This document shows positions 39,365-49,648 of a stretch of DNA of 64,000 nt, one piece after another. This DNA comes from Candidatus Bathyarchaeota archaeon (lineage in GTDB: Archaea; Thermoproteota; Bathyarchaeia; Bathyarchaeales; Bathycorpusculaceae). Positions within the stretch are counted from its first letter, which is position 1, and the number at the start of each line of letters is the position of its first letter. Made by a program: the position numbers and the translations under genes. Where the stretch lies: assembly GCA_963782525.1 (NCBI GenBank), contig CAWAKC010000009.1, positions 160,001 to 224,000 on the forward strand, in the 5' to 3' direction. Under the pieces are notes generated by a model, which had not been told where the DNA came from, made no database searches, and saw nothing but the letters and a program-made list of their open reading frames with translations.

Positions 39365-40651
39365 TCATTCGGTCGGTTTTGCTTTTCCCTTTCCCAACTT
39401 GAATTTCATCGTTAGAATCTTCTCAGTTGCAAACAACCGCGAAGCAACGTACATAATGCCAATAGTGAAGAGGGCAACATAAACAATTCCAAAAACAACA
39501 GTTCCATAATCGCCCGTTACCACGGCTTTTGAGGCAAGGATTGGGTGACTGTATGGAATTGCATAGAAGACTGCTTTAAGCGCCAGTGGCAGCGAGTTCA
39601 CGTCAAGGTAAATCAGCGCCATTGAGGGCAAGAAAATCAAGGGGTAAATGTATCCAACTAAGGCTTGAGCGCCACGAACGTTTTCGCTGAAAGCTGACAT
39701 CACAACCGCCAACGCCAAAGCCGACAGCAAAGTGAAGAACAGGCTTATGCCCAGCAACATGTAGCCACCAGCTGATGGAACCAAACCTAAAGCGATTAAG
39801 TCAACGCCTCCTCCTGCGCCGCCGGCAATGTTCACCGTTAGTGAACTCATCATGTAATTGTAGCCGATTAGAACGGTGATTGCGGCGACCCCTGCCACGA
39901 TGATGGTGCTGGAGACTTTGCCCATCAAAATCGCAAACCTATCCACAGGAGTCGTCAATAGAGTTTCAAGGGTTTTTTCCTCTTTCTCCATAGCCACACT
40001 TGTGGCGGCGATTTGCATGGCGTAAGTCAACATAATCATAATAGTGATTGGTAAAGCAATTGATTGTGTCACCATTAAACTTGACAAAACACTGACGCTT
40101 ACGCCGTCGGTAATTTGCCCCTTGATAACGCTGGATTCAGAAACAGAAACCACGTCGGGAGCGACTGCACGGTTAAATCCGCCAACGACTGCGTTGACAG
40201 TTGAGCCGCTGACTCCGCTGAAAATGCCGCCGCCACCGTTGAAGATTCCGTAAGTGTTAACGGTGCCTGTAACGTTCCATGCCCCAAGGTTATGCCTTGT
40301 AATGTTATCGCTAAAACCAGCTGGGATAACCACAAAGGTGCTGCTGTTATAGTGCGCTAGTAAGCCTTGGTCGATTACGTTTTGAGGAGATGTGTTGTTG
40401 ATGACTTTGACATTCATGGTGTTGTTTAGGTAACCGACGAATATTTGGCTCCAGTTGTCATTATCATTGTCAACTACAAGTATTGTTGCTCTTTGCGCTT
40501 CAATCTGAGCTGTCTGCACTGCATAACCCATAACTAAACCAAGAACGGGAAACATGATAAGCGGCAAAACTATCATGCCGATTAAGATTTTGGGGTCACG
40601 CGTGAGCTCTTTTAGTTCTTTGACAAGTATTGTTGTGAAGCCTTTAAGCAA
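39365..40651 (-). CDS. ABC-2 type permease (NatB-like)
   Basis: KELKELTRDPK, EKEEKTLETLLTTPV..ILMGK; start set to TTG overlapping the ATPase stop. Confidence 0.88.
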   Translation of the reverse strand: MLKGFTTILVKELKELTRDPKILIGMIVLPLIMFPVLGLVMGYAVQTAQIEAQRATILVVDNDNDNWSQIFVGYLNNTMNVKVINNTSPQNVIDQGLLAHYNSSTFVVIPAGFSDNITRHNLGAWNVTGTVNTYGIFNGGGGIFSGVSGSTVNAVVGGFNRAVAPDVVSVSESSVIKGQITDGVSVSVLSSLMVTQSIALPITIMIMLTYAMQIAATSVAMEKEEKTLETLLTTPVDRFAILMGKVSSTIIVAGVAAITVLIGYNYMMSSLTVNIAGGAGGGVDLIALGLVPSAGGYMLLGISLFFTLLSALALAVVMSAFSENVRGAQALVGYIYPLIFLPSMALIYLDVNSLPLALKAVFYAIPYSHPILASKAVVTGDYGTVVFGIVYVALFTIGIMYVASRLFATEKILTMKFKLGKGKAKPTE

Positions 40652-41375
40652 AGCCAACCACCTTCGCAAAAACTTCTTCCAAGTTTTCGCTGTTATATTT
40701 CGTTTTGAGCACTTTAGGTTCGCCTTCCACAACCAACTTGCCCTTATGCACCAGCGCCACTCGGTCACAGAGATATTCAACTTCCAGCATGTTGTGACTA
40801 CTAAGCAACACTGTAACGCCGTGTTCCTTCACATAGCGTTTAACAATTTCACGAATATGATAAGCATACAAAACATCCAAGCCACTTGCAGGTTCATCAA
40901 GCACAGCCAACTTTGGATGCGTCATTAGCGCACGTGCCACAAGCAAGCGCCGTTTCATGCCTTTGCTGTAAGTTTTGGCTTTGTCTTTTAACCGATCGCC
41001 GAGCCCACAGATCTCGGTGGCTTCTGCTATGGTAGCTTTGAGATTTGTTTCACGGGTGCTTTGAAGTTTAGCCATGAACGTTAGGTATTCTATGCCTGTG
41101 AGGTTTGGATAAGCACCCGATTCCTCAGGCAAATAACTGATAATTTGTCGTGTTTTTTCAGGATGATCGGTTGCATCTTGCCCAAAAATCTTAATTGTAC
41201 CGGTTGTGGGCTTGATTAATGTGCAAACCGTTCGCAGAGTAGTGGTTTTTCCTGCACCATTTGGACCAATTAAACCGTAGATTTCGCCATGTTTAATGTT
41301 AAAACTTACACCGTCAAGGGCTTTGACTTGTCCAAACTGTTTAGTTAATGAAATTGCTTCTACGGCTAGGCTCAA
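40644..41375 (-). CDS. ABC transporter ATP-binding protein (NatA-like)
   Basis: GPNGAGKTT, YSKGM signature, LDEP, SSH. Confidence 0.93.
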   Translation of the reverse strand: MSLAVEAISLTKQFGQVKALDGVSFNIKHGEIYGLIGPNGAGKTTTLRTVCTLIKPTTGTIKIFGQDATDHPEKTRQIISYLPEESGAYPNLTGIEYLTFMAKLQSTRETNLKATIAEATEICGLGDRLKDKAKTYSKGMKRRLLVARALMTHPKLAVLDEPASGLDVLYAYHIREIVKRYVKEHGVTVLLSSHNMLEVEYLCDRVALVHKGKLVVEGEPKVLKTKYNSENLEEVFAKVVGFA

Positions 41376-41486
41376 GTTATCCGCTCTCTTGAGGGAGAAG
41401 ACGAGAAATTGTATTTAAGTTTTAACCAACCTCGATTAGCTTCTCAATGAAAAAAGAATAATAAAAGCAAGTTTCTTTTTGCCATT

Positions 41487-42716
41487 TTAGCGGCAGTCGT
41501 TGCTTTCAGGCAGAATTCTAAGTACACGAAGGATTTTCTTGAACTCTTCCTCTTTAAGCGAAGCTCTGCGACCATTAGCATACATGTCTTTAACTGTATC
41601 CACAACTGCAGCAACGGTTTGATCGTCTGGAACGTTTCCTGATAGCTCAGTAATTTTGTGTTTAATTATGCCTTTGCCGGATTGTTTGCCTATGGTTAAA
41701 CGACGCGTGTTGCCTACTAGTTCAGGCGGATAGGGTTCATATGTCCAGGGGTCGTTTAGGACTCCGTGTGTATGTATGCCTGATTCATGGGCGAAGCCGT
41801 AGTCGCCGACGATTGCCTTGTTTGGCGGTACGATGTAACCTGTTGCTTCTCCGATGTAGTCGGCGGTTGACTTAAGTTTCTCCGTTTTGCCCTTGTACTT
41901 GTTGACTCCATAGTGTAGGTAGAGGTTTAAGAGGACTTTTTCAGTTTCGGCATTGCCTGCACGCTCGCCAATGCCTAGGTAAGTTGTGCTTGCGTAGACT
42001 TTGTCCCAAACGCCCGAAGCTGCTTTAATGGCTGCCATTGTGTTTTCAACGGCATTGCCGAAGTCGTCGTGGGCGTGAATTTCGATGGCGCTGATGCGTG
42101 TTTCCTCCTTGATGGCTAATACTTTAGCTGGGATACCATGAGGTAAGGGAGCTTCAGGATCTGACAAGCCGATGCCAACAGTATCGCATACGCGGTAACA
42201 CTCTGCTCCTGCATCAGCAATGGCGTTAATGAAGGCTCTTTCAAAGTCCCAGTCCGCTCGGGTGCTATCTTCGCCGTGAACAAAAGTTCTAAGGCCGCAT
42301 GTTTTGGCTGCATATTCAGTTACATCACCGACATTCGCTAAGATTTGTTCGCGGGTTTTTTCTGGCCATTTAGCTTTAAAATGGATGTCTGAAACGGGGT
42401 GTGAGATGCCGACTTCTTTGAGTCCGCATGCTACTGCGCTGTCGATATCTTCTTTGACGGCGCGGCACCAGCCTGCAACTCGCAAATCAAGGTTTAATTC
42501 CCCGATTAGTTTGCATGCTTTTTTGTCTGGTTCTTGATAGTGGAAGAGTTCGATGCGTTCAACTCCTACTTCGTTGAGCAACTGGGCTATTTTTGCTGAG
42601 TCCTTGGGTCCAGCTGCTAAGCCCGGCATTTGGATACCATCGCGGAGGGTAGTATCGTCTATGATGGGTTCGGTTTTCAGGGGCTTGAGTTTGAAATAGA
42701 AGTCTTTTATGTCCAT
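41487..42716 (-). CDS. DRE-TIM synthase (homocitrate / Re-citrate synthase-like), no regulatory domain
   Basis: DTTLRDGxQ, HAHDDFG, GIGERAGNA, FAHESGIH, IGKQSG. Confidence 0.85.
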   Translation of the reverse strand: MDIKDFYFKLKPLKTEPIIDDTTLRDGIQMPGLAAGPKDSAKIAQLLNEVGVERIELFHYQEPDKKACKLIGELNLDLRVAGWCRAVKEDIDSAVACGLKEVGISHPVSDIHFKAKWPEKTREQILANVGDVTEYAAKTCGLRTFVHGEDSTRADWDFERAFINAIADAGAECYRVCDTVGIGLSDPEAPLPHGIPAKVLAIKEETRISAIEIHAHDDFGNAVENTMAAIKAASGVWDKVYASTTYLGIGERAGNAETEKVLLNLYLHYGVNKYKGKTEKLKSTADYIGEATGYIVPPNKAIVGDYGFAHESGIHTHGVLNDPWTYEPYPPELVGNTRRLTIGKQSGKGIIKHKITELSGNVPDDQTVAAVVDTVKDMYANGRRASLKEEEFKKILRVLRILPESNDCR

Positions 42717-42899
42717 TTTTAATGCTCTCTTGTCTGGTTTTGCGTTTCTTAAACGCGTTTTGGTAATGCTAATTAACGCTTACGTGCAATTGATAAACGT
42801 TTCTGCACTATTTTTGTAAGTTTGTCCAAGCCAATACATTACTTAACTTCAAAATGTATTGTCTTAAAGTAAATAAAACCTTTACATTCAAAAATAAAG

Positions 42900-43214
42900 T
42901 TAGGCGACATTCGCGTATAACGCCTTAAGAGTACCCGAAACAGCCAACACATGAACTGAAGCAGCCTTACCAGCCACCACCGTCATCACAACCAACGAAG
43001 CTCTCACCATCAGCAACGACGCAAGCGAAGTGCGAATCACAAAAATCCTGCGTTTTCCGTCAAAATTAATCAGCGCCAAACCTGCTAAACTTGCACCAAC
43101 TTCTCCATACAATTTGGTTAATGAAGCCCAAACCGCGTCCATGAACTCCCGCTCACTGGGTAAGGTTTCAGATTCTAGTTGCAGGGCTAGATAGCGACGT
43201 TTAACACGTTTCAT
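42900..43214 (-). CDS. rnp2: RNase P protein Pop5 (Rpp14/Pop5)
   Basis: KRRYL N-terminus, LYGEVG, VSGTLK. Confidence 0.88.
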   Translation of the reverse strand: MKRVKRRYLALQLESETLPSEREFMDAVWASLTKLYGEVGASLAGLALINFDGKRRIFVIRTSLASLLMVRASLVVMTVVAGKAASVHVLAVSGTLKALYANVA

Positions 43215-43945
43215 ATTGGTTTGCCCTCTTTAACAACACTAATGCCTGGTGCAATAAACCTTGAACTGAGTTTCTCCCGATTACGTAGAACAATCGCGGC
43301 TGGATTTATTGAAACTGCGTCCAAAGCCTCCGATTCATTCAGCCCAAACAAGTAACCTAAACTTGCCAGATCTCTCGGCAACCGCATCAAAACCTCTTCG
43401 CCAACACCGCTGGAAACCACAACAGGCACATGAAATTCAAGAGCGATGGCTACTTCCCGCCGCAAACATGAAAGCAACCTGACCCGCGTTGGACCCTCCA
43501 TAACCAGTAGAGGTTTGATGTCTACTTCTAACGCGGCTAAACTGCAACTTGCAAGTTCTGCTTCGGCGCGGTCAAAAAACCGTTTATGGTAATCGAGGCT
43601 TGGAAAATTTAAAAGATCCACGCGCCGATCTTTGGCGGCTTGACGTGCAACCTCTTTGCTGTCGCAAACTACACATATGACTTCAAAGCTTCTTCTGAAT
43701 TTGCGGAGAAAACGCGTTAGGTCTTCTTGGGTTCGGGGCTTAAAATCTGCACGTAAAGCGAAGTCTATGCCTGCTTGAGTGCATGCGGCTTTGAGCGCTG
43801 CAACTTCAGTTTTATGCACGTCGTTAGTGAATGGAATGCTGATAGTACGGTAGCCCATCTGCGCTGCCTTGGTGATTAGTCGCTGTGTTGCAGGTTGGTC
43901 TTTGGAGTTTACGCGTAAATGCAGATCAATGAAGGATCGGGTCAT
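43211..43945 (-). CDS. rnp3: RNase P protein Rpp30
   Basis: DLHL, ARQAAKDRRVDLL, VVSSG..RLPRDL; operon context. Confidence 0.88.
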   Translation of the reverse strand: MTRSFIDLHLRVNSKDQPATQRLITKAAQMGYRTISIPFTNDVHKTEVAALKAACTQAGIDFALRADFKPRTQEDLTRFLRKFRRSFEVICVVCDSKEVARQAAKDRRVDLLNFPSLDYHKRFFDRAEAELASCSLAALEVDIKPLLVMEGPTRVRLLSCLRREVAIALEFHVPVVVSSGVGEEVLMRLPRDLASLGYLFGLNESEALDAVSINPAAIVLRNREKLSSRFIAPGISVVKEGKPI

Positions 43946-44388
43946 GGCAGCAACCCAATCTGCTTAGAAAACTCCTCAATCTGCTGTGCAGTCTTATTTT
44001 TGAAATGAATTTTTAGGTGAATAGGATCAGTTTGAGAAAACTTGAGGGCACCCAAAAACGCTGATTGCTTATCGAAACGCAGGTACAAGTTACCTTTTTC
44101 AACATGAAGTTTCAGGTTTTGCTGCAACTCTTCTTTATCCAAAACGCCTAGTTCAGCGCCAAATTTTTCCATTGCTTTTGGAAGAAGTTTTTTGTCTGTT
44201 AGCTTAGCAGTAAAAAGGATTATAGGGTTTCCGTGATGTCCTGTGCAGTTGGTTTTTTCGAAAACAAGGGTTTGTGCCAGCTCTTCTGGCAATAGGTTTT
44301 GTACGGCTTTTTGGACTTTAGTTGGATCTTCAGTTGCGTGTGCGAAGACTCGTATGTCTATGTAGGCTATTGGCGGTTTAGAAGACAT
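43942..44388 (-). CDS. DUF54 RNA-binding protein
   Basis: HATED, GHHGNPI, LYLRFDKQ. Confidence 0.88.
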   Translation of the reverse strand: MSSKPPIAYIDIRVFAHATEDPTKVQKAVQNLLPEELAQTLVFEKTNCTGHHGNPIILFTAKLTDKKLLPKAMEKFGAELGVLDKEELQQNLKLHVEKGNLYLRFDKQSAFLGALKFSQTDPIHLKIHFKNKTAQQIEEFSKQIGLLP

Positions 44389-44413
44389 TGGTTACCGGTT
44401 GTGTGTTGTGTGT

Positions 44414-44662
44414 TTAAGCTTTTAGCTTTTTTTGTTTGAACACTGGCTTAGGCTTTGCGACTTTTGGTGTTGCTTTAGCGTGTGCTTTTACACAGTCAAC
44501 GTTTTCTTGGTGCGTAGATTTGCGTTTAACGTCAACACGCAGGCCAATTTGTTTGGCTTGCTGCATGTTTACGCCGGCTTCTTTGAGTTCATTTGGGCTA
44601 AAGCCTTGACCGACGCTTTGTCGGCCGTTTTGTTTAGTGATGATGATTTTTAGGTGGTGCAT
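44414..44662 (-). CDS. rpl13e: Ribosomal protein eL13
   Basis: GxGFSxxELKEAG, GLRVDxKRKSxHxEN. Confidence 0.88.
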   Translation of the reverse strand: MHHLKIIITKQNGRQSVGQGFSPNELKEAGVNMQQAKQIGLRVDVKRKSTHQENVDCVKAHAKATPKVAKPKPVFKQKKLKA

Positions 44663-44665
44663 TTA

Positions 44666-45274
44666 CTATTTTCCTCCCTTCTTTTGGTAGTCACCGTGTC
44701 TGCGTGTGTTACCAATCCTTCGGCTTGGACGAGCTTTCTCGGAACCTCTGCCGCGGTGATGGAGTCCCCTCACGTTTTTACCTGCGCTGGTCATGCTGCG
44801 GAAGACACGGCTTGCGTGTTGGGGTTCTGTTATCCAGCTGACGTCTTTGTCAGTCTTTATGGTTGGTGCGTTGGGGTCTACGAGGATAACTTCGAACCAT
44901 TTGTGTTTTCCGTCTTCGCCTACCCAGTAGCTGTTGAGGACTTCTAGGTTGGGGAATTTTTTGGCGGTTCGTTCTTCTGCTATAAGTCGGATGCTTTTTC
45001 CTGGTTTAAATTTGGCGACACCCATGCGTTTGGGTCGTCGTCCGGATCGTGGACGTAGTTTTCTTAAATTGCCTCTACGGACTTTTGTTCGGGCAACTAC
45101 GAAGCCCTGTTTGGCTTTGTAGCCGAGTTTTCTCGCGCGGTCGAGTCTTGTTGGATGCTCGATACGCAGGGTTGTTGGTTGTTTACGCCACTGCACTAAG
45201 CGTTGGCGCATAAGTTCTTCAACGAAGCTTTTTTCGGGTTGAGCCCATTCTTCTGCTATGTATTTATATGCCAT
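44666..45274 (-). CDS. rpl15e: Ribosomal protein eL15
   Basis: PTRLDRARKLGYKAKQG, EVLNSYWVGEDG, TSAG. Confidence 0.97.
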   Translation of the reverse strand: MAYKYIAEEWAQPEKSFVEELMRQRLVQWRKQPTTLRIEHPTRLDRARKLGYKAKQGFVVARTKVRRGNLRKLRPRSGRRPKRMGVAKFKPGKSIRLIAEERTAKKFPNLEVLNSYWVGEDGKHKWFEVILVDPNAPTIKTDKDVSWITEPQHASRVFRSMTSAGKNVRGLHHRGRGSEKARPSRRIGNTRRHGDYQKKGGK

Positions 45275-45299
45275 CTAAATTTTTTCTCCTATGTGTTGT

Positions 45300-45358
45300 T
45301 TGCTTACGGTTCAGTCCCGAAGGACCACATCCCAACGGACTATGGTGTCCGCCTGCAA
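45300..45358 (-). promoter_or_regulatory. Structured 5' leader of rpl15e (eL15-leader-like)
   Basis: GGCGGAC/GUCCGUU hairpin followed by GGUCC-UUCG-GGACU, between a TATA-like box and the start codon. Confidence 0.65.
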
Positions 45359-45560
45359 TTTCACATCATAGTGCCCTGCGGTGAAATAAACCTTTCCCGT
45401 ACGGCTGAGCTCAAACTAACCAAAAGCGCTCGTTAAAACGCTGAATTCCAATTATTTTAAGGTTAAACAGTCCACATTGACTTTAATTTTGGTATATGGC
45501 AGAATTATTAAATTAAATTTAAAAAAAGAAGAAAGGGGTTGTTGTTTTTGTTTAGTTTGC

Positions 45561-48497
45561 TTATGCTTTCTTTCTTATCATCAGGGCTAATAGCACAAAG
45601 GCTATGATGCCCATGATGAACAGAGCTGCAATTGCTGGGATGAAGTATGTGTCTGCTGCTGATGTTGCTATTGACGTTGGTGCAACGGTTGGAGTAACTG
45701 CTACGTCGCTTACGTCTATGTATGCTGTTGCTGATGATGGTCCGTAGGAGTTAGTGCCTTTGAAGTTGGCGAAAATTTGGTACATGCCTGGAACTTCTGG
45801 TGTGTATGGAAGAGCGTAGTTGCCATTCACGTCGCTAGTAGCTGTTCCTAAAGTGACAAAGTTGCCGTTTGGATCAATAGCGGTTAATTCTACTGGGACA
45901 CCGGTTGCGTTTGTTGGCTTTGCTTGTTGCTTGTATTTGTATTCCATCCAAGCGCTCATGCTTTGGTCGGATATTGCTGGGGTTCCTTGGAGTGTAAAGT
46001 CTAAGTCGTCGTTGGTGTTGTGTCTGCCCGAAGTGGTTTGGTCTGTGACTGTGCCTTTTATCATTACCTTGCCTCCAAGAAGTGCAATGTCCTGTGACGA
46101 GGTAAGTGTTGTGGCACTTGGACCTTTGCCATAAGCGTAAATCATGTTGTCAAAGTTGTCGCCGTGGACTAGAATACCGTCTGCAATCGAAACTCCTCTA
46201 CCGAAAGCTAAGATCTTAAATATTTCTTGTCCGGTTGTGGCGTTGATGCAGCGTAAGTTTTCTCCACGGTACATTGGTTGAATGTTGTGGTGTTCACTTG
46301 TGGTTGTGTAGATCACTCCATTAGCGACTGCATCGATGGTCATGGGGTAGTTGCCGTAGGGAGATTCAAAGCCTTGGTTTGTTGAGGTGTAGTTCCATAG
46401 TTGTGTTCCTGTTCGGATATCGTACGCGATAATTTGTCCGGTGTAGCTGCCGTAGCCGAGGAGTTCGTGGTTGTAAACGACTTGGCTTATGCCATAGTAT
46501 TCATATTGAGCTTCTGGCGGGCTTGTCCAGAGTAGTTGGCCGCTGGTTAGATCGTAGACCCATCTTTGACATGTCTGTGGGTCAGTCCATACTAGGACGT
46601 TGTCTTCTGGGTAGACGCCTGCTAAGCCCATTCCTCCTGAGAACATGGCTGGTTTAGAGACGTTTAGTGCTGGGTCTGCGAATGGTGGTGTGTATGTCAT
46701 TTCCCATAACTTTTGACCTCTGTTGGATGCGTTCAGACCGATGCCCATCATCCATCCTTTTGTTATAGTTGTTCCGTCGTTCCATCCTTGAGTTCCAACG
46801 ATCATAAAGTCATCTTGGCGTATACATTGGATTGTGCCGTTTTCAACTGAGGGGCTTGGACCGGCTAGGCTTGGGATTGAGAAGTTCTGCGAGTAGAAGG
46901 TGGTGCCATTATGTACTATCCAGGCTTGATTGCCGCCCATGGTTGGTAGAGCTGAAGCTGTACCGAAATAGTTGTCAGATGCGCCGAAGTTGCCTCCTTG
47001 AGGTCTCCATTGCCAGTATCCTGTTCCATCCAGACTGCAAACCATTGTTCCTGCAGAAGAATTCCAAACTTGCAAGTAGTTTTGTGGATTTGATGCTGTT
47101 CCAAGGTTGACAATGTTGTAGTAAAGTATGCTTCCGTCTTGTCCATAGACATTTGTGCCAGTTGCTCCAGTTGTTACGGTGCGGCCGTCAGGTGTTCTAG
47201 TTGTTTGTGTCACGTTAGCTATGTAGCAGATGGGGTTTCTTGTCCAGCCATCAAACATTTCCCAAATAGTACCAGTGGTCACTGGTGTCTTTGTAGTGTT
47301 TATCGTGTAGTCAGAGCCAAGTAAATGCATGTTCATGTTTGCGTCTTCCGTTGCATTCGCTACTTGGATGAGCTCAGGTAGCGTGATTGGTGCACTTGCG
47401 CCTCCGAACAAACTTGCCAGGGAGAATCCTCCTCCAGCGCTTGGCGGGCTGTAAGTCTTCCATAGGTAGTCAAAGCCGCCCATTTGGTTTGGTGAGTTGT
47501 AGTTGTAGATTGAAGCCATATTGGGTACGCTGTCAGAATAGTTTTGGTAAAGTGTCTCGCCTGTGTACAGGTCAAGAACTTGTAGGCCTTGGCTCAAGTG
47601 TGTAGTCATGCGTGGGGTGAAATAGATTTTTCCGTCCATTATAATACTAGCTGTGAAGGAAACACCTTGGTAGTGTGTGGTTTCGAAAGTTTCGTCTCCA
47701 GTGCGTTGATCCATGATACCGCCGACTGCATAAGGCTTGCTCCATAGAATGTGAGCACTCAATGGTGGTGAATCACCGTAAGCAAAGTTACCCACGTTGC
47801 CTCCGGAGCTGCCTAGTGGCCATACGCCTGAGGCACCTCCAAGCTTGTTACCCGTGAGTACGTACCATTGTCTACTGGCACTCGTTATTGGGCGCGTCCA
47901 GTAGTCGTTTGGAACAGGTGACTCAGGGAACATTGGTTGTGGTTCACTGGTTACAGTGAACGTGTCTATTGGGCTGTCAGCTGCGCTGTATAGTGTGGCT
48001 GCAAGATTTGGATAGCCTGCTTCATGTGCCTCTGTGGGGTTAGTGCTGTTTTTCCAAGTTTCGGGGAAGTGTGCTTGAATGTAGTATTTGCCGACTTGGT
48101 CAGGTGTGTAGCTCATATAATCGTTGCCGACAGGGTCACTATAGCCCATGGGCAGGGTTTCTGATGTATTGTCAGGCTTTGTGATGGTAATTGTTACGGC
48201 ATCCCATCCGGCTCTACCATTAGGAGTTGTAATTAGATGTGCAGTTTCACCGACGTCCGGTGGCATGTCTTTGGTCCATGCGGTAATCATCATCTGTTGG
48301 CCGACACCGACATTAGCGACGCCTCCTCCTCCAGCGCTAGTACCAACATAGAGCCAAGTGTGAATTTTGCTTATGACTAAAGTCTTACCATTCACGTTAA
48401 CAACGTCTGCGCTAACATATGCTATTGAAGCAATCATAGATAGTATTAGAATCATTGAAATTGCGGTTTTTATTTTTTTATTTTTTGATATATTCAT
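45561..48497 (-). CDS. Large surface protein with PQQ-like beta-propeller repeats and C-terminal TM anchor
   Basis: Signal peptide, repeated D/NxxTGxxLW units, Ig-like C-terminal domain (DPNGN..G..SD), TM plus basic tail. Confidence 0.88.
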   Translation of the reverse strand: MNISKNKKIKTAISMILILSMIASIAYVSADVVNVNGKTLVISKIHTWLYVGTSAGGGGVANVGVGQQMMITAWTKDMPPDVGETAHLITTPNGRAGWDAVTITITKPDNTSETLPMGYSDPVGNDYMSYTPDQVGKYYIQAHFPETWKNSTNPTEAHEAGYPNLAATLYSAADSPIDTFTVTSEPQPMFPESPVPNDYWTRPITSASRQWYVLTGNKLGGASGVWPLGSSGGNVGNFAYGDSPPLSAHILWSKPYAVGGIMDQRTGDETFETTHYQGVSFTASIIMDGKIYFTPRMTTHLSQGLQVLDLYTGETLYQNYSDSVPNMASIYNYNSPNQMGGFDYLWKTYSPPSAGGGFSLASLFGGASAPITLPELIQVANATEDANMNMHLLGSDYTINTTKTPVTTGTIWEMFDGWTRNPICYIANVTQTTRTPDGRTVTTGATGTNVYGQDGSILYYNIVNLGTASNPQNYLQVWNSSAGTMVCSLDGTGYWQWRPQGGNFGASDNYFGTASALPTMGGNQAWIVHNGTTFYSQNFSIPSLAGPSPSVENGTIQCIRQDDFMIVGTQGWNDGTTITKGWMMGIGLNASNRGQKLWEMTYTPPFADPALNVSKPAMFSGGMGLAGVYPEDNVLVWTDPQTCQRWVYDLTSGQLLWTSPPEAQYEYYGISQVVYNHELLGYGSYTGQIIAYDIRTGTQLWNYTSTNQGFESPYGNYPMTIDAVANGVIYTTTSEHHNIQPMYRGENLRCINATTGQEIFKILAFGRGVSIADGILVHGDNFDNMIYAYGKGPSATTLTSSQDIALLGGKVMIKGTVTDQTTSGRHNTNDDLDFTLQGTPAISDQSMSAWMEYKYKQQAKPTNATGVPVELTAIDPNGNFVTLGTATSDVNGNYALPYTPEVPGMYQIFANFKGTNSYGPSSATAYIDVSDVAVTPTVAPTSIATSAADTYFIPAIAALFIMGIIAFVLLALMIRKKA

Positions 48498-48700
48498 TTC
48501 TTTTTCTTTCCTTTTGTATTTTTTTCGGATAGGTGAACGCCCATCCGTTAGTGGTTACTATCGAACAAGAAGTATATTAAATCAATCAGAATATAGGAAA
48601 AGAAGATTTCTTTAATTTATATAATAAATTTTCTATTCAATTGTTAAGAAATAAAATTTCAAATTATTGACTCATATGATAAAGCATCAAGCAACCAAAT

Positions 48701-49497
48701 TTAGTGTACAACCATTTTTCGCCAAACCACAACAACTAAAGCAGCCGCCAAAATGGCAATAACAACAGCCATAGCGATTAAGGCAGTTTGCTCCAAGTTA
48801 GAACCAAAAAGCACATTAGTGAATATGTTGGGCTGGCTTGGGGTTGCCGTGGGAGTTTGTTGAGGTGATATAGTTGCTGTTGGATATGGCGCAAATGTTG
48901 GAGTTGACCCTGTTTTAGGCGCTTGAGTGGGGGTTGTGGTGATGGCGTTGCCAATGGTTATGTCTGTACGTTACTCCAGTCGCTTTGATCAACTTTGTTG
49001 AAATGAACTGAGCCACAATAAGCTGAATCCGACGCGGGATAACCTGAAACAGCCGCTAACTGAAAATCGATTTGACCACCCTGCTGAACACCCCAATAGC
49101 TAAAGTCGATAGACACCACCGTCGAAGCGGAAGTAGTGGATGCTGGTACACCACTCGTTACGTGAACGCTACTGCTTGTCCAATCATCAAAGTGCCTCTT
49201 AGAACGAACGCTGTAGTATAGACCGACAGTGTTGTTGTTGGCATCCAAATATGGTGTAAACAGCCGGATCTGAATCGTAACATCGATTGTTCGATTATCG
49301 ACATGGCTGCCGCCGCTGGTGATGATGGTTTGTCCAGTGTAGGCGTCTTTTGCGTAGGTCGGGGGTATATCGTAGGAGTGGTCGACGTATTCCACGGTAA
49401 ATTCTGGCACAGAAGGTTTAGCCCCCAAAGCCAATGCAGAGTGAATAAGCAACATAGAAGAAGCTGCTAAAAGAAAAACAACCAGAACCGTAAACAC
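48701..49497 (-). pseudogene. Surface protein (PSVPEFT family), frameshifted near 48960 before its Pro/Thr linker and TM anchor
   Basis: ORF 48958-49497 stops at QT*; the alternative frame continues TIGNAITTTPTQ...LIAMAVVIAILAAALVVVVWRK to a stop at 48701. Confidence 0.75.
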
Positions 49498-49648
49498 CTT
49501 ATTGGATTCAATACCATAGCCTAAACTGCTACAGCAATAAAAGCTAATCAGTAATGAAACCTTGACAAACTTTAGACAAAAATTCTTGAGCTATAATTTG
49601 TTTTTCTTTACAAACAAGCTTTTATCCGCACTTAACCTGTAATAGGAC

